Origin: Patescibacteria group bacterium
GTDB lineage: Bacteria; Patescibacteriota; Patescibacteriia; Magasanikbacterales; GWA2-37-8
DNA: 64,000 nt
NCBI GenBank assembly: GCA_041661385.1
Contig: JBAZUP010000001.1
Span: forward strand, 576,907 to 640,906
Direction: 5' to 3'
Part shown: positions 17,471 to 28,167 of the stretch, piece by piece
Position numbering within the stretch: the stretch's first letter is position 1
Layout: each line of letters starts with the position of its first letter
Translations under genes and position numbers: made by a program
Notes under the pieces: model-generated
Database searches by the model: none
What the model was told of the DNA's origin: nothing
What the model saw: only the letters and a program-made list of their open reading frames with translations

Positions 17471-20400
17471 TTAAGGTGCCATTGGCGTTCCGGCATCATA
17501 ACGAGCTTTCGCAGGTAGCGTCATGACACGAGTACCGGCTGTTGCGCCAGAAGAATCAATCCAAGGCCAGGTATTTGCGCCGAAGAAACTTGGTGTTGAA
17601 GTAAGGAAATACGATACGCCAACGTTGTGATTTGGGAAGCCTGCGTTCCAATCAAAAATACTTGTATTTACACTGTCCCAATTACCATGTCTCCATAGCT
17701 TATCTACCGCCTTTGTTGAAAAGGTAGCTTGGCGCGCATCCCATGTCGAACCGCCATAATTCATATAGTTTTGAGGTGGATATGGAACACCACCGACAAC
17801 CCGATTCTGCGTTCCGGCCGCAATATTTGCATCATAATCGTCTCCCGAACCCCACACCATCTGACCAATACTCCACACTGAATATCGACCACCTTGCGCT
17901 GGCCCGGTGGCTTCATATACTGCGCCAGCCGGAGGATTAAGTACATTACCAACGAATGCCATTTCCCTTTCCCAACCATCCGTGTTGGCAGCGCGAAGAT
18001 TATTACCGTTTGCGTAATTTGTAGATTTTCCAGGTGAATAATTGCGAAGAAAAGCCATGTACCCGGAATTACCATGTGTAGTATCACCACCAATATTGGC
18101 CGACCAATTTCCCTCAACCAAAAGCATATGTGAAAAAGATTGATGTGAGCCATTTATTGCTCCGTCCATCCAATCACCACCATTTGCCGAAGTATTGTCT
18201 ACGTAGTTATAGGCAAAAACATTTCCCGGACCACAGGCATTAGTCTGCATCGGTTTGTTCATAAATATTGCAATACTGTCGATAACCAAACTATCACTGG
18301 TCGCGGCATTCAAGTTAATACCATAATTTGCACCACCAGAAACCGGACCACCCGTTGTATGATGCGCATACAGCCGTCGAATTTCCGACCGGAATTGATG
18401 TTCCATACGAACATGATCGTCGGTAATACCACCATTTGCTGAACCGTCAGTTTCAACATTTTTAATCCAATCAAAAGCACCAGCATGATAAACGATTGCG
18501 CCGCTTTGCGGACCAGCAAGAGAAAAATCTTCAAGTCCAAAATACCAAATTCCATCTGTGTCACGGCGTGAAACTCGCCACACTTGTGGATACAGCCTAG
18601 TCGTTCCATCGGCCTGACTATAATATGTATAAGCCATTCTGGTCGGTGGATCAAAGGTTAAAGTTGTTCCATTCACCGCGGTAATCTGATGAACCGATGC
18701 GACAGAACGGAATCCATTCGTTGATATCGGACCATGATAAGGTCCATCCGTAAACGGGGCTCGTTTATTATAACCGGCATCAAGTATCGAAACGTAAGAT
18801 AAATCATCGAGTTGATCAAGCTGAATAAGATCGCCGACCGCAAAACCGGTAGCACTCGCCACGGTCACCGACGTCGAACCGACCGCGAGACTTCCTCCTG
18901 CGGCAAGCGTCATTGTAGTTATAGGTACTGTACTCCAATCAGTATCAACGGATGCAATTCCGCCGCCAGCTGTAAAATTAAGTCTGGTGCGACCAGCCCC
19001 AACTGGTCCAGCACCTCTCAAAATTACATAATTTTGTGGAGTTATGCCCCCGATACTGCCGAAAGTTCCAGCCGGCATCAAGACAACTCTAATATTCGTT
19101 GAACTGCCTCGAGCTGAAGCAGCCGCAATTGCTGAATTTATTCCATTAGTCGTCATTTGCCCTGAAGTAAGTGTCGTATCGAGTGTGCCAGTTGGTATTC
19201 CACCCGGAATACCCGGCATCCATTTGAGACCATTAGTAAGAGTCGGCATTGCTGTAATCCACGCCGGCACATCACCGAGCGCATCGCTTGGATTTATCAC
19301 CGCAACACTCGCTGTTCCAGTAACTCCCGAAGCAACAGCATTTATAATATCACTACCTGAACCAACTGCCGCCGGCGCAGTATATAAACCGCTGGTCGCA
19401 TTAATAGTTCCGCCCGCGCCGCCAGCAGTAACACTCCATGCAAAAGTGGTCGTACCGGGCATGCCAATACTAAATTGGTCAGTAGAAGTGGCGGTGAATT
19501 GAGTTGTGCTGTTAATATTTACGCTCACCGATGAAGGTGAAACGGTAACTAATGAAAGTCTTTGGGTGACAGTCGAAGTGACTGTTGAAGTAGCAGATAA
19601 AGAACCGCTGTCAGTCGCAATAATTTGGAATTGATAAACTCCTGACCGATTAAAGGTCGCAACGGTGGTTGAAGCAGCTGTTGAGGTGTTTGCACTAAAA
19701 GTCGGATTGCTTGCGCCGGCCGGTTTTGAAAGAGTGCTCCATGTGAAAGTAAGATTTGCTAGGCCGGCATCGTCAGCAGCAACAACATGAAGAGTTGCGG
19801 TGGTACCGGTCACTGTGGCCGGAGTTGAAGTGACCGAGGAAATAGTTGGAGCGCTGTTTGGCGCAGTAACTGTGACGGTAACTGATGAAGTAACACTAGT
19901 ACCAGCAGCGTTGGTAGCGGTTAAAGTATATGCGGTGGTGGAAATTGGGCTTACCGTGGTAGTTGTAGAACCAGTAACTGTGCCCACACTTTGATTAATA
20001 GAAAGGGCGGTTGCACCGGTCGTTGACCAAGATAAAATCGCCGAGTTGCCACTTGTGATTGATGAAGGCGTCGCTATAAAACTACTAATACTTGGCGCCG
20101 CAACGACAGTTACAGCCGTTGAAGTAGTAACACTTGATCCGGCGGCGTTGGTAGCGGTTAAAATATATGTTCTGGTAGTCGTTGGACTAGTTGAAGTTGT
20201 AGTTTGACCAGTAACTGAACCCACTCCTTGATTAATAGAAAGGCTGGTTGCCCCAGATGTTGTCCAAGAGAGCACAGTCGAATTGCCATTTGTTATTGTA
20301 GAAGAAGAAACCGTAAAACTACTAATACTTGGCGCCGCAACGACAGTAACTGCAACTGAAGAAGTAACGGAACCGGAACCGTTCGTAGCTGTAAGCGTAT

Positions 20401-22024
20401 AAGTTCTTGTTGAAGTTGGAATAGTTGAGGTTGTAATTTGACCAGTAACATCACCAATACTTTGATTAATTGATAATGATGTGGCACCAGTGGTGGTCCA
20501 AGATAAAATAGTTGGACTACTAGAAGTAATAGTTGAGCTTGAAACAGTAAAACTTTGAATAGTTGGTAAAGCCGTAAGAGTAACTGACGCGGTACCAGTA
20601 ACACTTCCCGCAACAGCATTTACCGTATCATTTCCCGGACCAACAGCCGCGGGTGCTAAATATAATCCGGAAGTCGCATTAATAGTTCCACCCGCTCCAC
20701 CAGCGCTAACACTCCAAGCAAAAGTGGTTGTACCCGGCATTGCAAAACCAAACTGATCGGTTGAGGTAACAGTAAACTGCTCATTGGCATTTAGCGAAAC
20801 AGCTGTAGTCGAAGGAGAAACAACAACTGAAGCAACCTGCTGATTTACAGTAAGTGCGACACTTGAAGTGACAGAGAGCGAACCGGCATCGGTGATAGTT
20901 ATTAAAAATTGATAATTTCCAGTCGAACTAAAAGTAGCAACTGTTGTTTTAGAAGCATTTGAATTATTTTGACTAAAAACCGGATTGGTCGAAGAAGCCG
21001 GCTTACTAAGTACGCTCCAGGCATAAGTCAGCGCGCCTTCTCCAGCATCATCCGCGCCAAGAACAGAAAGAGTCGAAGTTGTTCTGGTAACAATTGCCGA
21101 TGAAGAAGTTGCCGAAGTCGCAATTGTTGGAGCTTGGTTGGCTGGTGCTGGAGTGCTTCCGCCACCACCCCCGCCGCCGCCTCCTCCACCACCGCCACCA
21201 CCGCCAAGAATTGGGGTTGGAGTCGGAACGGTTGAAGTTGTGGTAGCAACTGGAACAACCGGAACAAAATCCGAAGTAACTGTAATGCTTAAAGTAGCCT
21301 TAAGCATTTTATTATTAAAAGAATGTACGGTCGCTTTAGCATGAAACGTACCGGTCGCGCTAGGCGCGGTATAAACATCTCCCACCAAACTGCCGGCATT
21401 ATCTTCCACTAAAGACCAAATCGCCGGAACGTCTGCGGCGCCATTAATATTCAACTTTAAAGTAGTAGTACGATTAGGATTAATAAAAATCGGATCGGCG
21501 GTTATCCAAGTCGCGGCGGCCGGAACCGCGTCGATCACATCATATGGCACTTTTTTAAATAACGCCGCAGTAACTTTTTTTACTCCTTTGAAATCGGGAT
21601 AATAGGTATGATAAGTTTCAGAATCAATAAAATGCTGCTTAGTACACTGGCCGGTTACATAATACACTGCCCGGTCTTTTATGCTATTTAATTTAAAAGT
21701 TGTATAAGCTGTAATCGGACAATTCGGCGGCATGACAATGTTTACATCATAGGGAATACTGTCGAGCTTCGCCGCCGCGGTTTTTTTAACGGTGGAAAAA
21801 GATTTAAAATATGAATAGTAAACCTTGGAAGAAGTAAAAAACCGCTTCGTACAGGAGGCGGTTACATAATATACGGCCGGGTCACCGGCTTTTTTATAGG
21901 CAAAATTTTTGGTAAGTGGGCAGGTGGCCGCGCTCGCAGAAAAAGAAAAGAAATATAGAAAAAAAGTACCTAAAAACAGGCTAAATACGACCCCCCATTT
22001 CAGTCGTTTGTTATTCTTTTGCAT
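17471..22024 (-). CDS. Large secreted surface protein with Ig/PKD-like repeats and C-terminal probable beta-helix domain
   Basis: Signal peptide, two AVYYVT..KxxF N-terminal repeats, poly-Gly linker, S/T-rich Ig-like repeats, C-terminal VILRGAG..pectate-lyase-like region. Confidence 0.75.
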   Translation of the reverse strand: MQKNNKRLKWGVVFSLFLGTFFLYFFSFSASAATCPLTKNFAYKKAGDPAVYYVTASCTKRFFTSSKVYYSYFKSFSTVKKTAAAKLDSIPYDVNIVMPPNCPITAYTTFKLNSIKDRAVYYVTGQCTKQHFIDSETYHTYYPDFKGVKKVTAALFKKVPYDVIDAVPAAATWITADPIFINPNRTTTLKLNINGAADVPAIWSLVEDNAGSLVGDVYTAPSATGTFHAKATVHSFNNKMLKATLSITVTSDFVPVVPVATTTSTVPTPTPILGGGGGGGGGGGGGGGGSTPAPANQAPTIATSATSSSAIVTRTTSTLSVLGADDAGEGALTYAWSVLSKPASSTNPVFSQNNSNASKTTVATFSSTGNYQFLITITDAGSLSVTSSVALTVNQQVASVVVSPSTTAVSLNANEQFTVTSTDQFGFAMPGTTTFAWSVSAGGAGGTINATSGLYLAPAAVGPGNDTVNAVAGSVTGTASVTLTALPTIQSFTVSSSTITSSSPTILSWTTTGATSLSINQSIGDVTGQITTSTIPTSTRTYTLTATNGSGSVTSSVAVTVVAAPSISSFTVSSSTITNGNSTVLSWTTSGATSLSINQGVGSVTGQTTTSTSPTTTRTYILTATNAAGSSVTTSTAVTVVAAPSISSFIATPSSITSGNSAILSWSTTGATALSINQSVGTVTGSTTTTVSPISTTAYTLTATNAAGTSVTSSVTVTVTAPNSAPTISSVTSTPATVTGTTATLHVVAADDAGLANLTFTWSTLSKPAGASNPTFSANTSTAASTTVATFNRSGVYQFQIIATDSGSLSATSTVTSTVTQRLSLVTVSPSSVSVNINSTTQFTATSTDQFSIGMPGTTTFAWSVTAGGAGGTINATSGLYTAPAAVGSGSDIINAVASGVTGTASVAVINPSDALGDVPAWITAMPTLTNGLKWMPGIPGGIPTGTLDTTLTSGQMTTNGINSAIAAASARGSSTNIRVVLMPAGTFGSIGGITPQNYVILRGAGPVGAGRTRLNFTAGGGIASVDTDWSTVPITTMTLAAGGSLAVGSTSVTVASATGFAVGDLIQLDQLDDLSYVSILDAGYNKRAPFTDGPYHGPISTNGFRSVASVHQITAVNGTTLTFDPPTRMAYTYYSQADGTTRLYPQVWRVSRRDTDGIWYFGLEDFSLAGPQSGAIVYHAGAFDWIKNVETDGSANGGITDDHVRMEHQFRSEIRRLYAHHTTGGPVSGGANYGINLNAATSDSLVIDSIAIFMNKPMQTNACGPGNVFAYNYVDNTSANGGDWMDGAINGSHQSFSHMLLVEGNWSANIGGDTTHGNSGYMAFLRNYSPGKSTNYANGNNLRAANTDGWEREMAFVGNVLNPPAGAVYEATGPAQGGRYSVWSIGQMVWGSGDDYDANIAAGTQNRVVGGVPYPPQNYMNYGGSTWDARQATFSTKAVDKLWRHGNWDSVNTSIFDWNAGFPNHNVGVSYFLTSTPSFFGANTWPWIDSSGATAGTRVMTLPAKARYDAGTPMAP

Positions 22025-22098
22025 AGCATTTTAAGGATACTATTATACAAAATAAATGAATTTTTTACAATATTTTGGACAAAAAAAAGAACCATTGT

Positions 22099-22204
<106 letters not shown>

Positions 22205-22582
22205 ACAATGGTTCTTTTCAATTTTCAATATAGTTTTTTCCGTAACAATCAAATTCAAATAGGGTACTTTCGGTTGCATTCTACACCACTAAAAGTATAC
22301 TTATTGCTTTCGTCATGCGCTCGACCGATTAGTACTTCTCCGCTCAACACATTACTGTGCTTACACGTAAAGCCTATCAACCTCGTCATCTACAAGGGGT
22401 CTATTACGAATGTTAATCTTGAAGACGGCTTCATGCTTAGATGCTTTCAGCATTTATCCGTACTAAACGTAGCTACCCAGCAATGCTCCTGACGGAACAA
22501 CTGGCACACCAGAGGTTTATCCTTCCCGGTCCTCTCGTACTAGGGAAGAGCCTTCTCAACATTCTACGCCCGCAACAGATAG

Positions 22583-22634
<52 letters not shown>

Positions 22635-22647
22635 TGGCGAACAGCCA

Positions 22648-22678
<31 letters not shown>

Positions 22679-22694
22679 CGATGAGCCGACATCG

Positions 22695-23053
22695 TACATG
22701 GTTCCTGCTTTCACAGGGGGTAGACTATATCATCTTCTTGTTCCGGATTTTAGCGGATCCTCTTTCGAGGTCGTGACCGCATGATCTTCGGTTTGATGTA
22801 AACAAGAGTCGGCGTATTACCCAAGAACAAATGTTCTCAAGTCTTCCCTTTCGGGTCAGTCGTTACGGGGTCAACCGCGTAAACGCGGCGACTTCCCACG
22901 GGGTTTCCGGGTTGCCTAGTCTGGCAACTGACGGGTTCTCCGTTATAAGCCGATTGAAATCTTTTTTTTACCTATCTATTGATAATTAATATTAAACAAT
23001 TTTGACGAAAAAACCAGGAAAACAAATCTCTTTGTGTGCACCCCGATATGTTA
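22695..23053 (-). ncRNA. Group I intron at 23S position L2500 (359 nt, no ORF)
   Basis: Interrupts GGCACCU^CGAUGUC; P1 with U.G pair (gcaccU/Gggtgc); P7 gactg/tagtc; R/S elements gtaacgactga and gatatagtct. Confidence 0.88.
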
Positions 23054-24280
23054 AGGTGCCAAACCGGGCCGTCTATGTGGACTATCGGGCCCGATCAGCC
23101 TGTTATCCCCGGAGTAGCTTTTATCCGTTGATCTTCCACCTTCCTACGAAGGATGGTCGGTTCACTAACTTCCGCTTTCGCGACTGCTCGAGTTGTAGCT
23201 CTTGCAGTAAAGCAGGCTTTTGCGTTTGCACGTCCAGCTCGATTTCCATCCGAGCTAAGCCTACCTTTGTAAACGCCTCCGTTACTTTTTGGGAGGCAAC
23301 CGCCCCAGTTAAACTACCCATCAGCCACTGTCTTCTCACCCGGATTCACGGGCAAAAATTAGGTATACAGTAATTCAAGAGTGGTGTCTCATTGGCGCCC
23401 GAAGGCTCCCACTTACTCTCAACATGAGGTACCGCATACCAATAGCAAATTGTAGTAAAGCTTCACGGGGTCTTTTCGTCTAGTTGCGGGTAGGGGGCAT
23501 CTTCACCTCCCTTGCAATTTCACTGAGTCCCTCGTTGAGACAGTCGCACTATCGTTATGCCATTCGTGCAGGTCGGAACTCACCCGACAAGGAATTTCGC
23601 TACCTTAGGACGGTTATAGTTACCGCCGGCGTTCATCAGCGCTTCGGTTCAAAGCTTCAGCTTGCGCTTGACCTCTCCCCTTAACGTTCTGACACTGGCC
23701 AGGCATCACTCCCTATACTTCAGCTTGCGCTTTTGCAGGGAGCTGTGTTTTTGGTAAACAGTCGCAGTGCGTCTTTTGTTGAAACCCATCTTGCGATGGG
23801 CGGGCCTTATCCCGAAGTTACGGCCGCTGTATTGCAGAGTTCCTTAACGAGGGTTCTCTCATACGTCTTGGTCTACTCGACCTATCCACCTGTGTCGGTT
23901 TACGGTACGGTTGCTAATAGCTTAACGACTTTAAGCTTTTCTAGACACCTCTTCCTCTTAAGTTGATTCCACCCGAAGGCTTCATCTTCATCTTGCGAAA
24001 CGCATATATTCAAAACACGTTTAAGACTACGAAATGTGCACTTAAAATCAAACTACTAGCAGCGCAGGAATATTAACCTGCTCTTCCATCGGTTACGCCT
24101 TTCGGCCTGGCCTTAGGATCGGCTAACCCTGGGTCGATTCTCGTTGCCCAGGAAACCTCGGATTTTCGACGGACATGATTCTCACATGTCTTTTTGCTAC
24201 TTATGCCTGCATTCTCACTTCTATACACTCCACCATGGCTCGCGCCTGTGGCTTCTGCGCGTATAGAACGCTCCTCTACC

Positions 24281-24451
24281 ACTTGTAAGTTTCATTGAAA
24301 GGGCGACCGGTATATTGGTCACCCGAGAAGAAAGATCAGGTCGGCTCGGATCGAACGAGCATTTTCCCCAACAGTGGGGCTAGCATTGTCCATTATGCTG
24401 ACGACCTGAATGCTTTTTAATTTTTTGTTGCTTTCAATGAAACTTACAAGT
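24281..24451 (-). other. 23S intervening sequence in helix 45 region
   Basis: Perfect 21-bp inverted repeat 24281-24301/24431-24451 enclosing extra sequence at the E. coli ~1170 region. Confidence 0.75.
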
Positions 24452-24533
24452 TCGCAGCTTCGGCACTAGATTTGAGCCCCGATACATTTTCGGCGCGAAA
24501 ACTCTTGACCAGTGAGCTGTTACGCTTTCTTTA

Positions 24534-24571
<38 letters not shown>

Positions 24572-25067
24572 AGAGTTAACACTACCTTTTACACTTAATC
24601 TAGATTTAGGGGCCTTAGCTTGCGATCATGGGCTGTTTCCCTTTTGACAATGGCGCTTAGCCGTCACTGTCTGACTCCCGAGATGTAACCACTGGTATTC
24701 GGAGTTTGATTGAAAACGGTATCCCGAAGGACCCAATTCTCATCCAGTGCTCTACCACCAATGGGATTTCTCGAGGCTAGCCCTAGAGCTATTTCGAGGA
24801 GAACCAGCTATCACCGAGTTCGATTAGAATTTCTCTCCTATCCACAACTCATCTCCGAGTGTTGCACGGCTCGTGAGTTCGGACCTCCCCCCAGCTTTCG
24901 CTGAGGCTCATCCTGGTCATGGATAGCTCACCCGGTTTCGGGTTATGTGCGTGCCATTATATGCGCCCGTTAAGACTCGGTTTCCCTATGCCTCCACCCC
25001 AGAAGGGTTTAAGCAACGACACACAGCATACTCGCAGGCTCATTCTTCAATAGGAACACGGTCATCC

Positions 25068-25148
25068 GCATATCAGACTTTATAGACTTATTTTATAGAC
25101 GTAAAAAAAGACTTCTACAATCTACGAAATCTATAAGGTCTGATATGC
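25068..25148 (-). other. 23S intervening sequence/extension in helix 25 region
   Basis: gcatatcagactttataga...tctataaggtctgatatgc stem at the E. coli ~550 region. Confidence 0.7.
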
Positions 25149-26306
25149 AAGACTCCCGCTCTTTGTAAGCACACGGTTTCAGATACTATTTCATCGCCCT
25201 TACCGGGCTGCTTTTCACCGTTCCCTCGTGGTACTTGTCCACTATCGATCACTAAAAGTATTTAGCCTTAGACCATAGTCGGCCTGGATTCAAACGGAAT
25301 TTCACGTGTTCCGCCCTACTCAAGAACATATACTATAATGGCTTAATTTTTTTCGCGTACAGGACTATTACCTTCTTTGGTTGCTCGTTCCAGAGCATTT
25401 CACTAAAAATTAAGCGTTTTATCATTACCTAGCATACAGAAAGCTAGCGTATACATCTTACTACCCTATATACACAACGGTCTGTCCTTTAAATTACCGT
25501 TCAAATTAATCTTGCGACTAACCAGTACGATAACAACATGTATATAGTTTTGGCTATTTCCCTGTTCGCTCGCCACTACTAAGGGAATCTCTTCGATTTA
25601 TTTTCCTCTGGCTACTGAGATGTTTCACTTCGCCAGGTCTTCCTCATAAACCTATGAATTCAGTTTATGATACACAGATGTAACTCTGTGTGGGTTTCCC
25701 CATTCGGACACCCCCGGGTCATAGATTGCTTGGGATCTAACCGAGGCTTTTCGCACCCTGCAACGTCCTTCGTCGTCTTTTAGTGTCAAGGCATCCACCG
25801 TGCGCCCTTGTTGAAATTGCGCACAACGAAAACATATAAATATGCTTTCATTGCAATTTTCTTTATTGTGCTTACTTACTTTTACTCGTTATTTATCATG
25901 TAACCGCTCTGCAAGCGAATTACATGTTTGACTTTTGTTAATTGCATTGTGTAGTCCGACATTTTTCTTACTACAGAAAAATTCGGTACCTACATACCCT
26001 ATTTGAATTTGATTGCTATATTGCTATTGAGTTGTCAACGTGCTTTCCGGAATCATCCAAACGAAGATGGTGAAAAATTTTCACTGCTATCGTCTGACTA
26101 ATTCATTTGAGAAAAAAAGAGAACCGCGCAAAGCGGCTCTCAGCAAAAAATTTGCTTGTCAACCGTTTGGATACTTCGAGTAAGAATTTGTAGTAATGTG
26201 TAACATTGCTGTTAAGTTACTGAACTTACCCAGAGGTCCAAATGGTTGCGATTGCACCAAATCGTTGGACGTGGTCCCTAATTTATTAGGGATAATCGTG
26301 AGCTAG

Positions 26307-26335
26307 ATTTTATCAAAAAAAATTCACCCTGTCAA
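26307..26335 (-). promoter_or_regulatory. rRNA promoter P2
   Basis: TTGACA-17 nt-TAAAAT pointing at 23S. Confidence 0.75.
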
Positions 26336-26393
26336 GGGCGATTATGTGGATAACTAAGAGAAAAAAACACGATTATTACTTTCGACAAAAAGC

Positions 26394-26422
26394 ATTATAT
26401 CACAAATAGTCCTTTTTGTCAA
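26394..26422 (-). promoter_or_regulatory. rRNA promoter P1
   Basis: TTGACA-17 nt-TATAAT; DnaA box TTATCCACA (minus, 26345-26353) between the two promoters. Confidence 0.75.
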
Positions 26423-26481
26423 GATATTTGGCTAATCTTAAACAAAATCCGGTCACCTGTTGGTGACCGGAAAAAATTTAT

Positions 26482-26796
26482 TTAAACTTCATCTTCATCA
26501 TCGTCTTTGTATATATCATCATTATCTTTTAATACCACGCTCACTTCTTCCTTCTCAAGCTCCGCATCTTCGGAGTCGGCGAGGGTTTCGGTTTTGTAAG
26601 CAGTCCACCTGGCGCGCAAATCATCTTTCAAACCTTCAGAGTCTTCTTCCAAATCTATTTCACCAAGATCAAGATGGTCTTCTACCACATCATCTATTAA
26701 TTCGTCCCAAAGTTCTTTGGAGGCAATTCCCTGATCACGGGCAAGATCGGCGACTTCCGAATATAATTGTTCGACGGTAAGAGTTTTTATAGACAT
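26482..26796 (-). CDS. Acidic hypothetical protein
   Basis: Open frame, very D/E-rich; start chosen at MSIKT. Confidence 0.65.
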   Translation of the reverse strand: MSIKTLTVEQLYSEVADLARDQGIASKELWDELIDDVVEDHLDLGEIDLEEDSEGLKDDLRARWTAYKTETLADSEDAELEKEEVSVVLKDNDDIYKDDDEDEV

Positions 26797-26858
26797 ATTT
26801 TTTTGCGAAATCATTCCGCGCAACATCCTTTGAAGCGCGGCGAATTTAAAAAATTAAT

Positions 26859-27128
26859 TTATTCACTTAATATTACAATGCAACTGCCACCCTTGTCTAT
26901 GGCTTTTTCCACAAGCGGATGGGTTTTTAGAAAATCTCGAGTAACTTTACTTAGCACTCCCCGGCCGATGCCATAAACAATTTCAACGCTTAATTCTTTT
27001 TTGAGATAATTCTCGTGCAAAAACTGATCAATCTGATTTTCTATTTCGTGCGGGTCGCGTCCGTGCAAATCCAGTTTTGGGGCGCCCTGCCTTATTTCAC
27101 CGGCAAATTTTCTTATTTCGGAAGTCAT
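26859..27128 (-). CDS. Stand-alone Smr domain protein
   Basis: LDLHG, IVYGIGRGVL, L..HPLV. Confidence 0.85.
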   Translation of the reverse strand: MTSEIRKFAGEIRQGAPKLDLHGRDPHEIENQIDQFLHENYLKKELSVEIVYGIGRGVLSKVTRDFLKTHPLVEKAIDKGGSCIVILSE

Positions 27129-27130
27129 AT

Positions 27131-27727
27131 TTAAAAACCAATTTGAGCTAATATTTTATTAAACCAGCCCCGGGCGTAAACTTTTTTAAGCTCCTGATTT
27201 AATTCCGGGAAAGTTTTAACTCCGTCAAAATGATTGCGTTGAGAGAGGACAATTATTTTTGAACCTAATTCGTTGGAAAAAAATTCCCGATTTTTTAAAG
27301 GCACGAGCGGATCATTATCGGAAAAAAATGCCACAGAATTACGTAATTGCTTTTTGATCTTACCCGCATCAAGCGGCGTTTTAATCCACTGCTCCGCAGC
27401 TTTGGCTTCAAAGCCTTCCAGCTTTACAAACGGAGCTACTAAATATGCGCCTCCTGCGACTGTACTCTCCGGCAAGCTTTGCAAAAATCGCAAAATAGCC
27501 TGACAGCCCACGCTGTGACCAATAAAAAAAGTATTTTCGTCTACTGCCCCAATTGTCTTTTGCAAATATGGAATCCATTCTTCAATTTTGGGCTTGGTCG
27601 GATTTGGCAACTCCGGCGCGATTACTTCACAGCCGTTTTTTTCCAATTCCTTTTTCAGCCAAGGGAACCAGTACATTTGGGGGTGACTGGCCCAGCCGTG
27701 AACGATGATAAATTTTTTGGGAGACAT
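27131..27727 (-). CDS. RBBP9/YdeN-family alpha/beta hydrolase
   Basis: IVHGW..WFPWL, GHSVG, SDNDPLV, HF. Confidence 0.88.
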   Translation of the reverse strand: MSPKKFIIVHGWASHPQMYWFPWLKKELEKNGCEVIAPELPNPTKPKIEEWIPYLQKTIGAVDENTFFIGHSVGCQAILRFLQSLPESTVAGGAYLVAPFVKLEGFEAKAAEQWIKTPLDAGKIKKQLRNSVAFFSDNDPLVPLKNREFFSNELGSKIIVLSQRNHFDGVKTFPELNQELKKVYARGWFNKILAQIGF

Positions 27728-27728
27728 A

Positions 27729-28079
27729 TTAATGATTCGAAAACGCGAACAATATTAATGATACTACACCTAAGGCAATGCCAGCAATTTGAATATAATT
27801 AAAAGTTTCTTTAAAAATGAAGAAACCAATAATGAGAAAACCAATGATACTTAAAAAACTCCAAACTATTGAGGTAATAATAAGTTGCTCGCGTAAAAGA
27901 GTTGGTATATAGAAAACACCCGAACAAATATAACCAACGACAGACATTACAAACCGCCATGACTCCCGGTTCTCGGACCAAGATTTTGCAAAATAGTCAC
28001 CAGTAATAACTCCCGTTGCGCTAAGCAAAATTAAAATAAAAACGGGAAGACGCGAAGTTAGGCTGAGAAATAATTCCAT
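27729..28079 (-). CDS. Small multidrug-resistance/DMT-like 4-TM protein
   Basis: Four hydrophobic helices, FKETF..QIAGIAL. Confidence 0.65.
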   Translation of the reverse strand: MELFLSLTSRLPVFILILLSATGVITGDYFAKSWSENRESWRFVMSVVGYICSGVFYIPTLLREQLIITSIVWSFLSIIGFLIIGFFIFKETFNYIQIAGIALGVVSLILFAFSNH

Positions 28080-28083
28080 ATTG

Positions 28084-28167
28084 TGCCGTGGGAGAGACTC
28101 GAACTCTCAATCCCTTGCGGGAACCAGCTCCTAAGGCTGGCGTGTCTACCAATTTCACCACCACGGC
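28084..28167 (-). tRNA. tRNA-Leu(TAG)
   Basis: Minus strand GCCGTGGTGGTGAAATTGGTAGACACG..CT-TAG-GA, long variable arm, GTTCGAGTC. Confidence 0.93.

Noticed and set aside
21161-21205. (CCN)n triplet tract
   Set aside because: Encodes the poly-Gly linker of the surface protein; not an independent repeat.
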